Of a stretch of DNA of 56,829 nt, positions 54,975-56,829 are shown piece by piece (the stretch's first letter is position 1; each line of letters starts with the position of its first letter). A program made the translations under genes and the position numbers. The notes under the pieces were generated by a model that was not told the DNA's origin, searched no databases, and worked only from the letters and a program-made list of their open reading frames with translations. This DNA comes from Candidatus Pacearchaeota archaeon (GTDB taxonomy: Archaea > Nanobdellota > Nanobdellia > Pacearchaeales > GW2011-AR1): contig JAFCDK010000001.1 of NCBI GenBank assembly GCA_017609745.1, forward strand, positions 1-56,829. Direction: 5' to 3'.

Positions 54975-55754
54975 ATGCAAATATTTTTTACATTTGATGT
55001 TGAACCAGATTTGCATTCTGGAATGCACAAGAGTTTAGAAATAGGTCTCCCAAGATCTTTACAAGTATTAAACAAATATAATATTAAAGCAACTTTTTTT
55101 GTTCCTGCTTTACTTCTTCAACAATTCCCTAATTATTTTAAAAAACTTGAAAAACAAGGACATGAAATAGCTATTCATGGCTATAAACATGAAAGATTTG
55201 ATAATTTATCAAAACAAGAAAAAGAATTTAGAATAATAAAATCAATTCAAATTTATAAATCAATATTAAAAAAAAATCCAAAAGGATTTAGAGCACCTCA
55301 ACACTCAATAGACAACCAAACTCTAATAATTTTAGAACAAAATAACTTTTTATATGATTCTTCTTATACTCCTTTTAATTTTCTTCAATTATTATTTTTT
55401 CCAAAGAAATTTAGATTCTGGCTGAACGGTATTTTTACTCCAAGGAAAATTTATAAAATAAAATCAAATCTCTATGAACTTCCAATATCTTCTTTTTTAA
55501 TTCCATTTGTTTCTTTACCATTAAGAATTTTTCCATGGCCAATTATAAAGTTATATTTGAATTTATTAAAATTAACAAACCAGAATTTAATTTTCTATGC
55601 TCACTCGTGGGATTTTATAAGATTATCACAAAGTAAAATAGACACAATATTTAGATATACTAATTTATTAAAAAATTTTGAAAGAACAATATTTTATTTA
55701 TCAAAAAATAAATCCAATAGATTTTTAACTATGGCTCAAATGATTGCAGAATGA
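54975..55754 (+). CDS. polysaccharide deacetylase (CE4 NodB-like)
   Basis: 259 aa. FFTFDVEPD, ATFFVPA, GHEIAIHGYKHE, FRAPQHS. Confidence 0.75.
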   Translation: MQIFFTFDVEPDLHSGMHKSLEIGLPRSLQVLNKYNIKATFFVPALLLQQFPNYFKKLEKQGHEIAIHGYKHERFDNLSKQEKEFRIIKSIQIYKSILKKNPKGFRAPQHSIDNQTLIILEQNNFLYDSSYTPFNFLQLLFFPKKFRFWLNGIFTPRKIYKIKSNLYELPISSFLIPFVSLPLRIFPWPIIKLYLNLLKLTNQNLIFYAHSWDFIRLSQSKIDTIFRYTNLLKNFERTIFYLSKNKSNRFLTMAQMIAE

Positions 55755-56829
55755 AAATCCTTGAAGTAACAGCCTTTTCAGCAGGAATCTGCGGAGTTTG
55801 GACAAGAGTTTTAGCAGAAGCTCAAATGCTTTCAAAAAGAGACAATGAAGTTTATGTTTTTTCTTCAGATATTTTTAGGGGGACAGATAAAATAAAAACT
55901 GCTCCAAGTCAAGAAACAATTGGGGATGTAAAAATTATTAGGTTTCCTGCAAAGGCATCGTTTGGGCAAAATACTTTTTTTTGGAATTATGAAAATCAGG
56001 CATTAAAGTTAAAACCAGATATAATTATAACCCATGCTTACCGCCAATATTATTCTACAAAAGCACTTAGGATTGCAAAAAAACTAAAGATACCCTGTAT
56101 TCTTGTAACTCATGCACCTTTTCTTGATAAAAAATTAAGAAACTGGAAACTTAATTTAGCTATTTGGTTTTATGATACTTTTATTGGAAAAAGAATTTTA
56201 AATAAATATTCAAAAATTTTTGCAATAACAAATTGGGAAATTCCTTATCTCCTTAAACTGGGGGCTAAAAAAAATAAAATAGTTTATGTTCCAAATGGGA
56301 TTCCAGAAGAATTTTTTAAGAAAAAAATTGAAAATTCAAAAAATAAACTAAAAAAACTTCTTTTTTTAGGAAGAATTGCGCCTATAAAAGACATTGAAAC
56401 TTTAATTAAAGCATTTAAAATAACAATAGAAAAAAATAAAAATATAACTCTTGAATTGGTAGGCCCAATAGAAGAGAATTATAAAAAACAGATTGTAAAT
56501 TTAATAAATAATCTTAATTTAATAAATAAAATAAAATTTCTTGGCCCTATTTATGATTTAAAAAAGAAGATAAATTTAATTGATGAGCACGAGATTTTTG
56601 TTCTGCCATCTAAAAGGGAAGGAATGCCACAAGCTTTAATTGAAGCAATGGCTCGAGAAAAAATTATCATTTCTTCAACTACAGACGGCGGTAAAGAAAT
56701 AATTAAAGATACGAGCAATGGATATTTATTTGAAATAGGAAATTATAAGCAATTAGCTGAACTGATATTAAAATCATTAGAAAATAATAAACAAAATCAA
56801 AAAATAAAAAAACAAGCAAGAAAATCTGT
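55751..56829 (+). CDS. family 4 (GT-B) glycosyltransferase, 3'-truncated by the window end
   Basis: Read manually, as it is not in the ORF track (no stop in the window). MKILEVTAFSAGICGVWTRV..., ITHAYRQY, LLFLGRIAPIKD, FVLPSKREGMPQALIEAMAREKIIISS (EX7E). ATGA overlap with the upstream stop. Confidence 0.8.
   Translation, partial: MKILEVTAFSAGICGVWTRVLAEAQMLSKRDNEVYVFSSDIFRGTDKIKTAPSQETIGDVKIIRFPAKASFGQNTFFWNYENQALKLKPDIIITHAYRQYYSTKALRIAKKLKIPCILVTHAPFLDKKLRNWKLNLAIWFYDTFIGKRILNKYSKIFAITNWEIPYLLKLGAKKNKIVYVPNGIPEEFFKKKIENSKNKLKKLLFLGRIAPIKDIETLIKAFKITIEKNKNITLELVGPIEENYKKQIVNLINNLNLINKIKFLGPIYDLKKKINLIDEHEIFVLPSKREGMPQALIEAMAREKIIISSTTDGGKEIIKDTSNGYLFEIGNYKQLAELILKSLENNKQNQKIKKQARKS

Overview
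This is a strongly AT-rich, gene-dense archaeal window. Archaeal markers are family-D DNA polymerase, Orc1/Cdc6, Rpo subunits, L18e/L21e, an RNase P Rpp21 subunit and an intron-bearing tRNA. The small, overlapping genes and many bacterial-type accessory genes suggest a DPANN-like lineage. All calls come from reading the ORF translations and DNA by eye, with no searches run.

Layout:
- (1) 0.6-8.1 kb: a replication module of DP2, a 150-aa ORF, DP1 and orc1/cdc6, followed by a 567-bp candidate oriC.
- (2) 8.9-13 kb: a repeat-laden segment. It holds two convergent paralogous coiled-coil/HTH genes, GACAG-core palindromes, an almost gene-free 1-kb stretch and a short serine recombinase. It may be a mobile-element remnant.
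- (3) 13-15.4 kb: an RRM protein, a GH130 enzyme and a DUF1003 protein.
- (4) 15.4-20.8 kb: the S13-S4-S11-RpoD-L18e-L13-S9 and L21e-RpoF-DUF655 operons. They are interrupted by an intron-containing tRNA-Leu and two paralogous small ORFs.
- (5) 21.6-26.4 kb: a MacB-type ABC transporter with AttH-like and DUF445 genes.
- (6) 26.6-27.9 kb: rpoN, Rpp21, a stand-alone 5S rRNA and three tRNAs.
- (7) 27.9-30.5 kb: secF and secD.
- (8) 31 kb to the end: a large glycan-assembly and decoration island.

The most interesting content is in the island. It holds a Fom1-like cytidylyltransferase-PEP mutase fusion with phosphonopyruvate decarboxylase (a phosphonate branch). Next to it are two fusion proteins that together carry the three catalytic families of the Campylobacter Cj1418/Cj1417/Cj1416 phosphoramidate pathway. 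To my knowledge that pathway has not been described in archaea.
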